Shown: piece by piece, positions 18,841-26,629 of the stretch
Layout: each line of letters opens with the position of its first letter
Numbering within the stretch: the first letter of the stretch is position 1
DNA from: Bacteroidales bacterium UBA1714
GTDB taxonomy: Bacteria; Bacteroidota; Bacteroidia; Bacteroidales; Paludibacteraceae
Length of the DNA: 64,000 nt
Assembly (NCBI GenBank): GCA_002317295.1
Contig: DCIY01000030.1
Coordinates: 2,640 to 66,639, forward strand
Direction of reading: 5' to 3'
Made by a program: the position numbers and the translations under genes
The notes under the pieces: model-generated
What the model was told of the DNA's origin: nothing
Seen by the model: only the letters and a program-made list of their open reading frames with translations
Databases searched by the model: none

Positions 18841-21800
18841 ATGATGAAAAATCACCTGTTTAAGTCAATGGCTGTATTGGCATTGGCTTTGGTTAACATC
18901 AGCGTGATGGCCGCACCTATTTCAGGTCGCGTCCTGGATGCTAACGGTGAACCACTTATTGGTGTAAGTGTAGCCGTTGAGGGAACATCTCAGGGTACTA
19001 TTACCGACTTAGACGGTAATTTTGTTCTGGATGCCCAATCAACTGATCAACTGACTTTCTCGTATGTGGGTTACAGCCCTGTTACGGAAAAAGTGGGTTC
19101 GCGTCAAGTCATTAACATTACCCTCAAGGAGGACCGTAAGGCTCTGAATGAGTTGGTAGTCGTTGGTTACGGCGTACAAAAGAAAGCAAACTTAACGGGC
19201 GCTGTTGCCAGCGTGAATGTGGAAGAAGACCTTACCGGTCGTCCCATCATTGGCGTAGCTCAAGGTTTGCAAGGTACGACTGCCGGTTTGACCATTACCA
19301 ACCAATCGGGTAAGTTGGGTGCTGCTCCTGACATCAAAATCCGTGGTGCTGTCGGTTCTCTTTCCGGTGGATCGTCTCCTCTGATTTTGGTCAATGGATC
19401 GGAAATCAACGACATCTCGCTCATCAACCCTGAGGACATCGAGAGCATTTCCGTATTGAAGGACGCTGCTTCTGCTTCTATCTACGGTACGCGTGCATCG
19501 TTTGGTGTGATCTTGATTACCACCAAGGATGGCTCTAAGGCTGCTGGAGATCGTTTCAAACTCTCCTACAACAACAACTTCTCCTGGTCTGGTCCTACCT
19601 ACAAGTATGAGCAACTCAAGCTCAGTGATTGGTACAAGATGAACATGATCATGTACGGTGGAAGTGGTACTACCTGGGGTGGTGCTGTCTGCAACCAGGC
19701 TGCCGTTGATGGCGCTTTGAAGTTTGAACAACAGTATGGTGACGGCTCCCAACTGGGTGACGCTATGATCCTGGGTCGTGACTTCGATGTATTGGAAGAT
19801 GGTACGTTCCTGCAATATCGTTCTACCGATGTGATGGACAAGTACATTGACAATGATGCCTTTGGTCAACAACACAATATCGCTGTAGATGGTAGCACCG
19901 ACAAGGCTAACTACCACCTGGGTTTGGGTTATATGGGTCAAGATGGTTTGTTCAATGTGAACCGCCGTCACTTGGACCGTTATACCATGAACTTCTCCAC
20001 CGGTATTCAGGTGAACAAGTATGTGAAGGTTAGAACGGAGATGCTGTATACGCACTCTGATCTTACCAGTCCGTATGCATGGTCTGCTTATAAGGGCAAT
20101 GGTTATGCTGATAACGAATTGGCCTATATGTTGTGGTTCCCTTATCATCCACAAGGTACGTATACCGTTACCGCTCAGGATGTAGCCAACAATTCGTACA
20201 TCGCTTCTAAGTTTGGTAATATGGTAGGTCAAACCCTGCCGTTCAACAATGGTGCAAGTGAGCAGGCTGCCGGTTATCAGGCTAAGACCAAAAAGCATTA
20301 TTTGAAGGCTACTGTAGGTGCACAAATCATGTTGGGTATTCCTGATCTGACTTTGGACCTCGACTATACTTTCAACTACAACACCGAGATTTATAAATCC
20401 GGTGCTGGTCTGAGTGATCCCATGTGGGATACTTGGGGAGGCAAATTGGCTTATCGCGCAAGTTATGGTAGCGCTGCTGACAGCCGTATCACCGAGAACC
20501 ATTCTTCGATTCGTTACCATGTAGGTAACGCTGTATTGCGTTATAACCACACTTGGGCTGAGAAGCATGCTTTCAGCGCTATGCTCGGTTACAACATCGA
20601 GTCTCGTGACTATCGTTACCTCTCCACCGTTGCCGGTCAAAAGGAGAGTCTTACTCATGATGAGCAATGCCTCGTAGACGGTACGTATTATAAGGTAAGT
20701 TCTGCTCACGATGATGGTACCTATCGTACGATGGGTGTCTTCGCTCGTATCAACTATGCATATGACAATCGTTACCTCATTGAGTTGAACGGTCGTTATG
20801 ACGGTTCTTCCAAGTTCCAGAAAGGTCAAAAGTGGGGCTTCTTCCCCTCTGGATCGATTGGTTGGGTAGCTTCTGGCGAAGAGTTCTGGCAGGCTTTGGA
20901 TCCTTGGTGGAGTTTTGCTAAGATCCGTGCTTCCTATGGTTCTATCGGTAACCAAAACGTAGACGCTAACCTCTATCGTCAGCTTCTGTCGAAGAGCAGC
21001 TCTGTTTGGGTAGCCAACGAAATGATTCAACAAGCTTATGGTCTTCCGACGACTGTTCGTGAGGCCTTCACTTGGGAGAATATCTCTACCGTGGATGCTG
21101 GTTTTGATTTCCGTTTCTTCCACGATGATCTCGGTTTGAGCTTTGACTGGTTCCAACGCAATACCAATGGTATGATCGTTAACGGTAACGAACTTCCTTC
21201 TACTTTCGGTACTTCTGCTCCAAAGGAGAACGGTGGTGAACTTCGTACCCGTGGTTGGGAGTTGCAGTTAGACTACCATCATAAGTTTGATTGTGGTGTG
21301 GGTATCTTCGCAAGTGCAGCTGTGTCTGACGCTACCACCAAGGTACTCAAATATCCGAACCGCACCTCTACTTCTACCATTAGCGCTACCCGTTACTACG
21401 AAGGTGGTAACTATGGTGACATCTGGGGCTTTGAGGTAGATCGCCTCTTCCAAGAGGATGACTTCAATGAGGATGGTACACTCAAGGCTGGTATTGCTTC
21501 TCAGTCTGAACTCGAAACGGGTAGCTTGAAGTATGAAGCCGGTGACGTGAAGTTTAAAGATCTTGACGGTGATGGCAAAATCTCTTGGGGTAAGAAGACC
21601 TATGACGATCATGGTGACATGAAGGTGATTGGTAACTGCACTCCTCGTTATGAGTACAACTTCAAACTTGGTTTGGACTTCTACGGTTTCGACTTCTCGA
21701 TGTTCTTCCAAGGTGTAGGTAAGAAGGAAATGTGGGGTACGGGTTACATCGCTATCCCTGGTTACTACGAAGGTGGTGGCTTCTTCCTGCAGAACCATGC

Positions 21801-22176
21801 AGACTACTGGACTCCTGAGAATACCAACGCTTACTGGCCACGTCTCGTGAACTTTGGTGACGGTAATGCCGACTATACCAAGGCTTCTCACAACTACATT
21901 CCGAACGATCGCTATTTGCTGAACATGGCATACTGCCGTCTGAAGAACGTGACCCTCGGTTACTCGCTGCCTCGTAAGGCTTTGGAGAAGATGCACTTCG
22001 ACAAGTTCCGTGTATACTTCACCATGGAGAATATTGCTACCATCGACCATCTCAATGGTCTGCCTCTCGATCCTGAAACGGGTGATAACGAAGAAGATAC
22101 CTGCTGGGGTATGGGTTGGGGACAAGTTTCCAACTTTACCAAAGGTCTGTCTTGCGGTTTACAAATCACTTTTTAA
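18841..22176 (+). CDS. SusC/RagA-family TonB-linked outer membrane protein
   Basis: Carboxypeptidase-regulatory-like N-domain (ISGRVLDANGEPLIGVSVAVEGTSQGTITDLDGNF). Plug region NELVVVGYGVQKK and ISVLKDAASASIYGTRASFGVILITTK. 1111 aa ending in an aromatic residue (GLQITF). Immediately followed by SusD. Confidence 0.93.
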   Translation: MMKNHLFKSMAVLALALVNISVMAAPISGRVLDANGEPLIGVSVAVEGTSQGTITDLDGNFVLDAQSTDQLTFSYVGYSPVTEKVGSRQVINITLKEDRKALNELVVVGYGVQKKANLTGAVASVNVEEDLTGRPIIGVAQGLQGTTAGLTITNQSGKLGAAPDIKIRGAVGSLSGGSSPLILVNGSEINDISLINPEDIESISVLKDAASASIYGTRASFGVILITTKDGSKAAGDRFKLSYNNNFSWSGPTYKYEQLKLSDWYKMNMIMYGGSGTTWGGAVCNQAAVDGALKFEQQYGDGSQLGDAMILGRDFDVLEDGTFLQYRSTDVMDKYIDNDAFGQQHNIAVDGSTDKANYHLGLGYMGQDGLFNVNRRHLDRYTMNFSTGIQVNKYVKVRTEMLYTHSDLTSPYAWSAYKGNGYADNELAYMLWFPYHPQGTYTVTAQDVANNSYIASKFGNMVGQTLPFNNGASEQAAGYQAKTKKHYLKATVGAQIMLGIPDLTLDLDYTFNYNTEIYKSGAGLSDPMWDTWGGKLAYRASYGSAADSRITENHSSIRYHVGNAVLRYNHTWAEKHAFSAMLGYNIESRDYRYLSTVAGQKESLTHDEQCLVDGTYYKVSSAHDDGTYRTMGVFARINYAYDNRYLIELNGRYDGSSKFQKGQKWGFFPSGSIGWVASGEEFWQALDPWWSFAKIRASYGSIGNQNVDANLYRQLLSKSSSVWVANEMIQQAYGLPTTVREAFTWENISTVDAGFDFRFFHDDLGLSFDWFQRNTNGMIVNGNELPSTFGTSAPKENGGELRTRGWELQLDYHHKFDCGVGIFASAAVSDATTKVLKYPNRTSTSTISATRYYEGGNYGDIWGFEVDRLFQEDDFNEDGTLKAGIASQSELETGSLKYEAGDVKFKDLDGDGKISWGKKTYDDHGDMKVIGNCTPRYEYNFKLGLDFYGFDFSMFFQGVGKKEMWGTGYIAIPGYYEGGGFFLQNHADYWTPENTNAYWPRLVNFGDGNADYTKASHNYIPNDRYLLNMAYCRLKNVTLGYSLPRKALEKMHFDKFRVYFTMENIATIDHLNGLPLDPETGDNEEDTCWGMGWGQVSNFTKGLSCGLQITF

Positions 22177-22184
22177 CCCATTAG

Positions 22185-24041
22185 ATGAACACAATTATGA
22201 AAAATATCAGTAAATTTTTACTCCTCTCGCTATTCGTTTTTGTAGCGGCTGGATGTGAACAAGACTTCTTGGATGTTGCTGCTACGGATTCCATTGAGGA
22301 ATCTACCTTCTGGGAGTCTGAGACCCAAGCCCGTTCATACATGTATGGCTTGTATATGTACATGTTCCCGGGTTACTCTGCACCTTCTACGACGACCACG
22401 ATGTACGAGGCAGGTCAATTCCTGATTCGTTATCAATCGCTCGACTACGTGAAGTATAATGCCGCTTTCAACGACGATTGGGCTATGGTTAAACAGTACG
22501 ATTTGTACATTGACCCTGCTACCACTTCGTCCAACTGGTCGAATTTCTACAAGAAGATTCGTTTGACCAACTATGCGATTGCCAATGCACATCGTCTTCC
22601 TTCCAATGCTAAGCACTGGGAAGGTGTGGCTCGTTTCTTCCGTGCAGCTTACTATTGCGACATGACCTTCTTGTATGGTGATGTTCCTTACTTCGATGAA
22701 GTTTCCGGTCTGGCTGACGCTGGCGATATGGCCAACTACTGCAAGGCTCGTACTCCTCGTACCACCATCGATGATGAGGTGATCAAGGACTTCCAATATG
22801 CTATGAATAACTGCGCTGCTGCCGATGGTTATTGCCAAGTAAACAAGTACGTTGCCGCTGCTATGGCTTCTCGTATGATGCTCCGCGAGGGTACGTTCTT
22901 GAAATATGTTGTTAAGGATGAAACCAATGCTAAGAAGTGCTTGGCATTTGCCAAAGAGGCTGCTGAGTTTGTAATCAACAGTGGCGTATATTCCATCGCT
23001 CCTGATTTCAATGCAATCTTCACCAGTGACAACCTTGAGAGCAATCCTGAGGTGATCATGGCTCGTGCTTATGCTACCGGTCAATTGCTGCACTCTACGT
23101 TGGCAGTTTGCTACAACTATGGTGCTATCTCTGAGCCGAACAACGGTGCCAGCAAATCTCTGGCAGAGGCATTCTTGGGATCCAACGGTCTTCCTATCGT
23201 AACCAACTACGATGCTGACAAGTCCGCTATGCCTAAGACCGCTGCTGCTTTCTTTGCTAATCGTGACCCACGTCTGGCTCTGACCATTCGTCCTCGTTTC
23301 GCATGGGAAGGTTCTGACCAAGGTGGTCTCCGCTCGGTAACTTCCGGATTTATGTACAACAAGTTCTTCAACGATGCTTGGTTGACCGATGGTACCGATT
23401 TGACTCAATCGCAATACAAGGCTATCAACAACATCACCGACGCTCCTTGCGTTCGTTATGCTGAGGTGCTGCTGAACTACATTGAGACCATTTATGAACT
23501 CCAATTACTCGGCCAGGGAAGTATGACTCAGGCTGACTTGGATAAGACCATCAACGCTATTCGTGATCGTGAAGGTATCAAGATGCCTCACGTAACGCTC
23601 GCTGGTGATCACTTCGAAGTAGGTGGTGTTGCTGTTAACGATCCTAAGCGTGCTACTATCGAGGCTGCTGATGTGGCTAACGGTGGTACCTATACGACCG
23701 ACGCTATCCTGTGGGAGATCCGTCGTGAGCGTCGTGTAGAGTTGGCTTATGAAGGCACTCGTTATGATGACCTCAAACGTTGGGGCAAACTCAACTATTG
23801 CTGGAACACTGTCAATCCGGATATCACCTATGGCGCATACATGGATCCTGCAGATCCTTCTGCAACCACTTATGCAGGCCGCATTGGTGCTGGTCAATTT
23901 GAGAACTTCGTAAAGGCTTGTCCGGATGCTGATTTGCGTTCCAAACCTGATACGAAATACTATCTGACTCCGCTGCCATCTGACCAAGTTGTCTTCTACG
24001 AGAAGCATGGTTATACCTTGGCTCAGAACCCCGGTTTCTAA
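22185..24041 (+). CDS. SusD/RagB-family nutrient-binding outer membrane lipoprotein
   Basis: Lipoprotein signal LFVFVAAGCEQDFLDV. TPR-like helical N-half. Conserved C-terminal blocks ILWEIRRERRVELAYEGTRYDDLKRWG and YYLTPLPSDQ. Confidence 0.9.
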   Translation: MNTIMKNISKFLLLSLFVFVAAGCEQDFLDVAATDSIEESTFWESETQARSYMYGLYMYMFPGYSAPSTTTTMYEAGQFLIRYQSLDYVKYNAAFNDDWAMVKQYDLYIDPATTSSNWSNFYKKIRLTNYAIANAHRLPSNAKHWEGVARFFRAAYYCDMTFLYGDVPYFDEVSGLADAGDMANYCKARTPRTTIDDEVIKDFQYAMNNCAAADGYCQVNKYVAAAMASRMMLREGTFLKYVVKDETNAKKCLAFAKEAAEFVINSGVYSIAPDFNAIFTSDNLESNPEVIMARAYATGQLLHSTLAVCYNYGAISEPNNGASKSLAEAFLGSNGLPIVTNYDADKSAMPKTAAAFFANRDPRLALTIRPRFAWEGSDQGGLRSVTSGFMYNKFFNDAWLTDGTDLTQSQYKAINNITDAPCVRYAEVLLNYIETIYELQLLGQGSMTQADLDKTINAIRDREGIKMPHVTLAGDHFEVGGVAVNDPKRATIEAADVANGGTYTTDAILWEIRRERRVELAYEGTRYDDLKRWGKLNYCWNTVNPDITYGAYMDPADPSATTYAGRIGAGQFENFVKACPDADLRSKPDTKYYLTPLPSDQVVFYEKHGYTLAQNPGF

Positions 24042-24062
24042 TCGGTTATCTGATACATAAAA

Positions 24063-24095
24063 TAAGGGTGGTCTTCACGGGCCACCCTTATTGTT
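24063..24095 (+). terminator. Rho-independent terminator after SusD
   Basis: 10-bp stem taagggtggt / gccaccctta with an 8-nt loop, then ttgtt. Confidence 0.65.
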
Positions 24096-24128
24096 ATAGT
24101 CGCAATCATAATTTTCATAGGTTGTACT

Positions 24129-24160
24129 ATGGTAATTACGCGACCTCGACGCGACCTCGA
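24129..24160. repeat. 11-nt tandem repeat cgcgacctcga x2.9, intergenic
   Basis: cgcgacctcga cgcgacctcga cgcgatctca, between the SusD terminator and the DUF3089 promoter. Confidence 0.85.
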
Positions 24161-24246
24161 CGCGATCTCAAGCAGGGATATATATTGTGTATAAGTCCTG
24201 ATACCAATAGATAATCTGGCTTAATTGCATTTATTTTGCTGAGATA

Positions 24247-24278
24247 TTTGCATATGTCATTTTTTTTCCGTACTTTTG
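24247..24278 (+). promoter_or_regulatory. Promoter: TTTG-N20-TACTTTTG (DUF3089 / cobB / PepSY-like)
   Basis: TTTGCATAT at 24247, T8 tract in the spacer, TACTTTTG at 24271-24278. Confidence 0.65.
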
Positions 24279-24322
24279 CGTCGCAAAACGCAAAATGGAT
24301 TGTTACTAATACGTAAAAGAAT

Positions 24323-25276
24323 ATGAAAGCAAGTAAGATTTTGATGTTGGCAGCAATGGCACTGCTGACAGTAGCATGTAAACCGAAACCGACTCCCACG
24401 CCGACGGAGCAGTATTCCAAAGCAGAGATGTGGTGCGAATTGCCCACTACCTGTAATGCGGCCGTAGACGTGTTTTATGTTGTATCCACCTGCATCATGC
24501 ATTCGTATCTGCCGGATGGAACCGAAACGTATACGTCGGTTTTGACGGACGAGGAAAAGGCTACCTTGGCCAAAGAGATTCGTCAGGTGAAGAAAGAGAT
24601 TTTCCCTGATTCGCTCAATTTCTTTGCGCCTTATTACCACGAGACGACCATGGCGGCTGCTGCGGCAGGTTTGCCTCAGGACTCGTTGGTTGCGCTTTCC
24701 ACCAAGTCCCAAAAAGAAGTGGCAGAAGCGTTCGATTACTATATGGCCCACTATAACCAGGGACGTCCTTTTATCGTGGCAGGTTACAGTCAGGGTGCTA
24801 TTATGACCATCTCGCTGCTTCGTCACATGACGGATGAGCAGTATGGTCGTATGGTGGCCGCTTATGTGATGGGTTATGGTATCAATGATCAAACGCTCAC
24901 ATGTCCCCATATCGTCCCGGCTACCGGTGCTGATGATACCGGTGTGACCATTACGTTCAACAGTATGGACGATCCTGCTCACTATTGGGATCTTGTTTGG
25001 AATCATGCCGTTACCTGCATTAACCCTATCAGTTGGACCACCGATACGATATCTGCTGATTTTGTGTTTGATGGGGAGGCAATGAATGTACATGTGGATG
25101 ATAGTCTGAATGTGCTGGTGGTGAAAGGATTTCATGTTGAGAATCATCCTTGGATTGAGGAGTGGGAACTTAATCCTTTCCCCAAAGGTAATTACCACAA
25201 TTACGAGATTACGTTCTACAATCCTTACCTGCGTCAAAATGCGTTGAATCGTTGTCGTCACTTCCTGCGCAAATAG
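24323..25276 (+). CDS. DUF3089-like alpha/beta-hydrolase lipoprotein
   Basis: Lipoprotein signal ALLTVAC. Nucleophile elbow VAGYSQGA. 317 aa. Promoter at 24247-24278. Confidence 0.6.
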   Translation: MKASKILMLAAMALLTVACKPKPTPTPTEQYSKAEMWCELPTTCNAAVDVFYVVSTCIMHSYLPDGTETYTSVLTDEEKATLAKEIRQVKKEIFPDSLNFFAPYYHETTMAAAAAGLPQDSLVALSTKSQKEVAEAFDYYMAHYNQGRPFIVAGYSQGAIMTISLLRHMTDEQYGRMVAAYVMGYGINDQTLTCPHIVPATGADDTGVTITFNSMDDPAHYWDLVWNHAVTCINPISWTTDTISADFVFDGEAMNVHVDDSLNVLVVKGFHVENHPWIEEWELNPFPKGNYHNYEITFYNPYLRQNALNRCRHFLRK

Positions 25277-25303
25277 AAATAGGCAATAGAGATACAAAAA
25301 CAG

Positions 25304-26011
25304 ATGAAACACATTGTAGTATTGTCTGGCGCGGGAATCAGCGCTGAGAGTGGTATACGGACTTTCCGTGACAGCAATGGACTGTGGGAAGAGTATCGTG
25401 TTCAGGATGTGGCTACGCCCGAAGGGTGGGAGCGTAATCCTCAGTTGGTGACCGAATTCTACAACCAGCGTCGTAAGCAACTGCTTACCACCAAACCCTG
25501 TGAGGCCCATCGCATATTGGCCGAAATGGAACAGGATTACCAAATGGATATCATTACCCAAAATGTCGATAATCTCCATGAGCGGGCCGGCAGCAGTCGT
25601 GTACTCCATTTGCATGGGGAACTGAATAAGGTGACCAGTTCTGTTCATCCCAATGATCCGTCTCAGATTTGCGTGTTGCGAGAGGAGGAATATGAAGTGC
25701 ATATGGGTGATAAGGCCAAGGATGGCAGCCAATTGCGACCCTATATTGTGTGGTTTGGCGAAGCGGTTCCCAATATAGAGCCGGCCATGGAACTGTGTGA
25801 GCAGGCCGATATATTTATCATCATTGGCACCAGTCTCAATGTCTATCCTGCCGCCGGCCTGATTCACTACACACGCCCGCACATACCTATTTATTTGATA
25901 GATCCCGCTCAGGTGGCATGTCCTGAAGGCTATGATGTCCATATTCTGCGTATGGGAGCCTCCGCCGGTATGCGTCAGTTGCGCGATAACGAATTAAAAT
26001 CCACATTATGA
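25304..26011 (+). CDS. cobB: NAD-dependent protein deacylase (Sir2 family)
   Basis: GAGISAESGIRTFR, QNVDNLHERAG, HLHGEL, IGTSLNVYPAAG. 235 aa. Confidence 0.88.
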   Translation: MKHIVVLSGAGISAESGIRTFRDSNGLWEEYRVQDVATPEGWERNPQLVTEFYNQRRKQLLTTKPCEAHRILAEMEQDYQMDIITQNVDNLHERAGSSRVLHLHGELNKVTSSVHPNDPSQICVLREEEYEVHMGDKAKDGSQLRPYIVWFGEAVPNIEPAMELCEQADIFIIIGTSLNVYPAAGLIHYTRPHIPIYLIDPAQVACPEGYDVHILRMGASAGMRQLRDNELKSTL

Positions 26012-26454
26012 AAAAAATCGTATTATTTGTATTAAGCCTCGTGTGCTTAACGGCTTGCGCCGATGAACCCAAAGTAAGCAGTCTGGATGCCCTTCCGTCA
26101 ACGGCTAAAAATCTGCTGCTTCAGTGTATCGATTCTCAGGACATTCTTCAGGTGCTGGTGGAAGGTTATGCATTAGACAAAGAGTATAAGATAGTTTTGA
26201 AAGACGGCAGCGAGTGGGAATTTGACCACAAAGGCCATTTGGAGAGCGTAGAAGCCCCAACGGGTGTACCGGATGCTGCAATCCCTGCTGCTATTCTAAC
26301 CTATGTTAAAACCCATTATCCCAAGCTTACGATTGTGGAGTATTCCATTGATCACCATGAGCAGGAGGTGGAACTGAGCAGTGGCATCGAACTTGTATTT
26401 GATTCCAAGGGCAATTTTCTGCGTTTAGACGACATTCCGGTTCATGCGCTATAA
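26008..26454 (+). CDS. PepSY-like (beta-lactamase-inhibitor-like) periplasmic lipoprotein
   Basis: Signal LVCLTAC. Two repeats of the pattern LP..A......YKI.L.DGSEWEFD..G / IP..I..Y....YP...IVEY......EVEL.SG.EL.FD..G. ATGA overlap with cobB. Confidence 0.6.
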   Translation: MKKIVLFVLSLVCLTACADEPKVSSLDALPSTAKNLLLQCIDSQDILQVLVEGYALDKEYKIVLKDGSEWEFDHKGHLESVEAPTGVPDAAIPAAILTYVKTHYPKLTIVEYSIDHHEQEVELSSGIELVFDSKGNFLRLDDIPVHAL

Positions 26455-26485
26455 AAATATCCGTGCTGTGAAATAAAGTGTAAAA

Positions 26486-26512
26486 AAACGAGGTTTTTGC
26501 CTCGTTTTTTTT
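26486..26512 (+). terminator. Rho-independent terminator after the PepSY-like gene
   Basis: aaacgagg-tttttg-cctcgttt followed by a T-run. Confidence 0.75.
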
Positions 26513-26515
26513 GGT

Positions 26516-26540
26516 AGATAGATAAAATCTATCTTTTTTT
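26516..26540 (+). terminator. Second, tandem terminator-like hairpin
   Basis: Perfect 8-bp stem agatagat / atctatct, aaa loop, T6 tail. AT-rich, so weaker. Confidence 0.45.
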
Positions 26541-26559
26541 GTACTTTTTTGCAGAATTA

Positions 26560-26591
26560 TTTGTGTATGTCAAAAAAAAGTTGTAAATTTG
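26560..26591 (+). promoter_or_regulatory. Promoter: TTTG-N20-TAAATTTG (gyrA operon)
   Basis: TTTG at 26560-26563, A8 tract, TAAATTTG at 26584-26591. ATG is 38 nt downstream. Confidence 0.7.
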
Positions 26592-26629
26592 CGCGTTATT
26601 TTGAATATAATAAAAATTAACGATATACA

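Noticed and set aside
19192-21156. 654-aa minus-strand ORF inside SusC (and 21268-22125, 22335-23504, 23505-24008 inside SusC/SusD)
   Set aside because: Shadow frames opposite well-supported SusC/SusD coding sequence, with no protein-like features.
24129-24160. 11-nt tandem repeat (cgcgacctcga x2.9), considered as a CRISPR-like or regulatory array
   Set aside because: It has no spacers, only about 3 contiguous units and no cas genes. It lies between a terminator and a promoter with no obvious partner site. It is kept as a repeat feature only.
24257-25942. 561-aa minus-strand ORF spanning the DUF3089 and cobB genes
   Set aside because: It crosses the intergenic gap and opposes two genes that have clear signal peptide or catalytic motifs. 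The composition is typical of antisense frames.
25304-26011. Sir2-family gene, considered as a defence-system effector (Sir2-containing antiphage systems)
   Set aside because: It is a short stand-alone CobB-type deacylase with an intact housekeeping motif set. It has no fused sensor domain and no adjacent helicase, HerA, Argonaute or TIR partner, and the neighbours are ordinary lipoprotein genes.
26486-26540. Two tandem hairpins after the PepSY-like gene, considered as a riboswitch or attenuator upstream of gyrA
   Set aside because: Both hairpins lie upstream of the gyrA promoter (26560-26591), not in its leader. The simplest reading is a double terminator insulating gyrA from the upstream operon.
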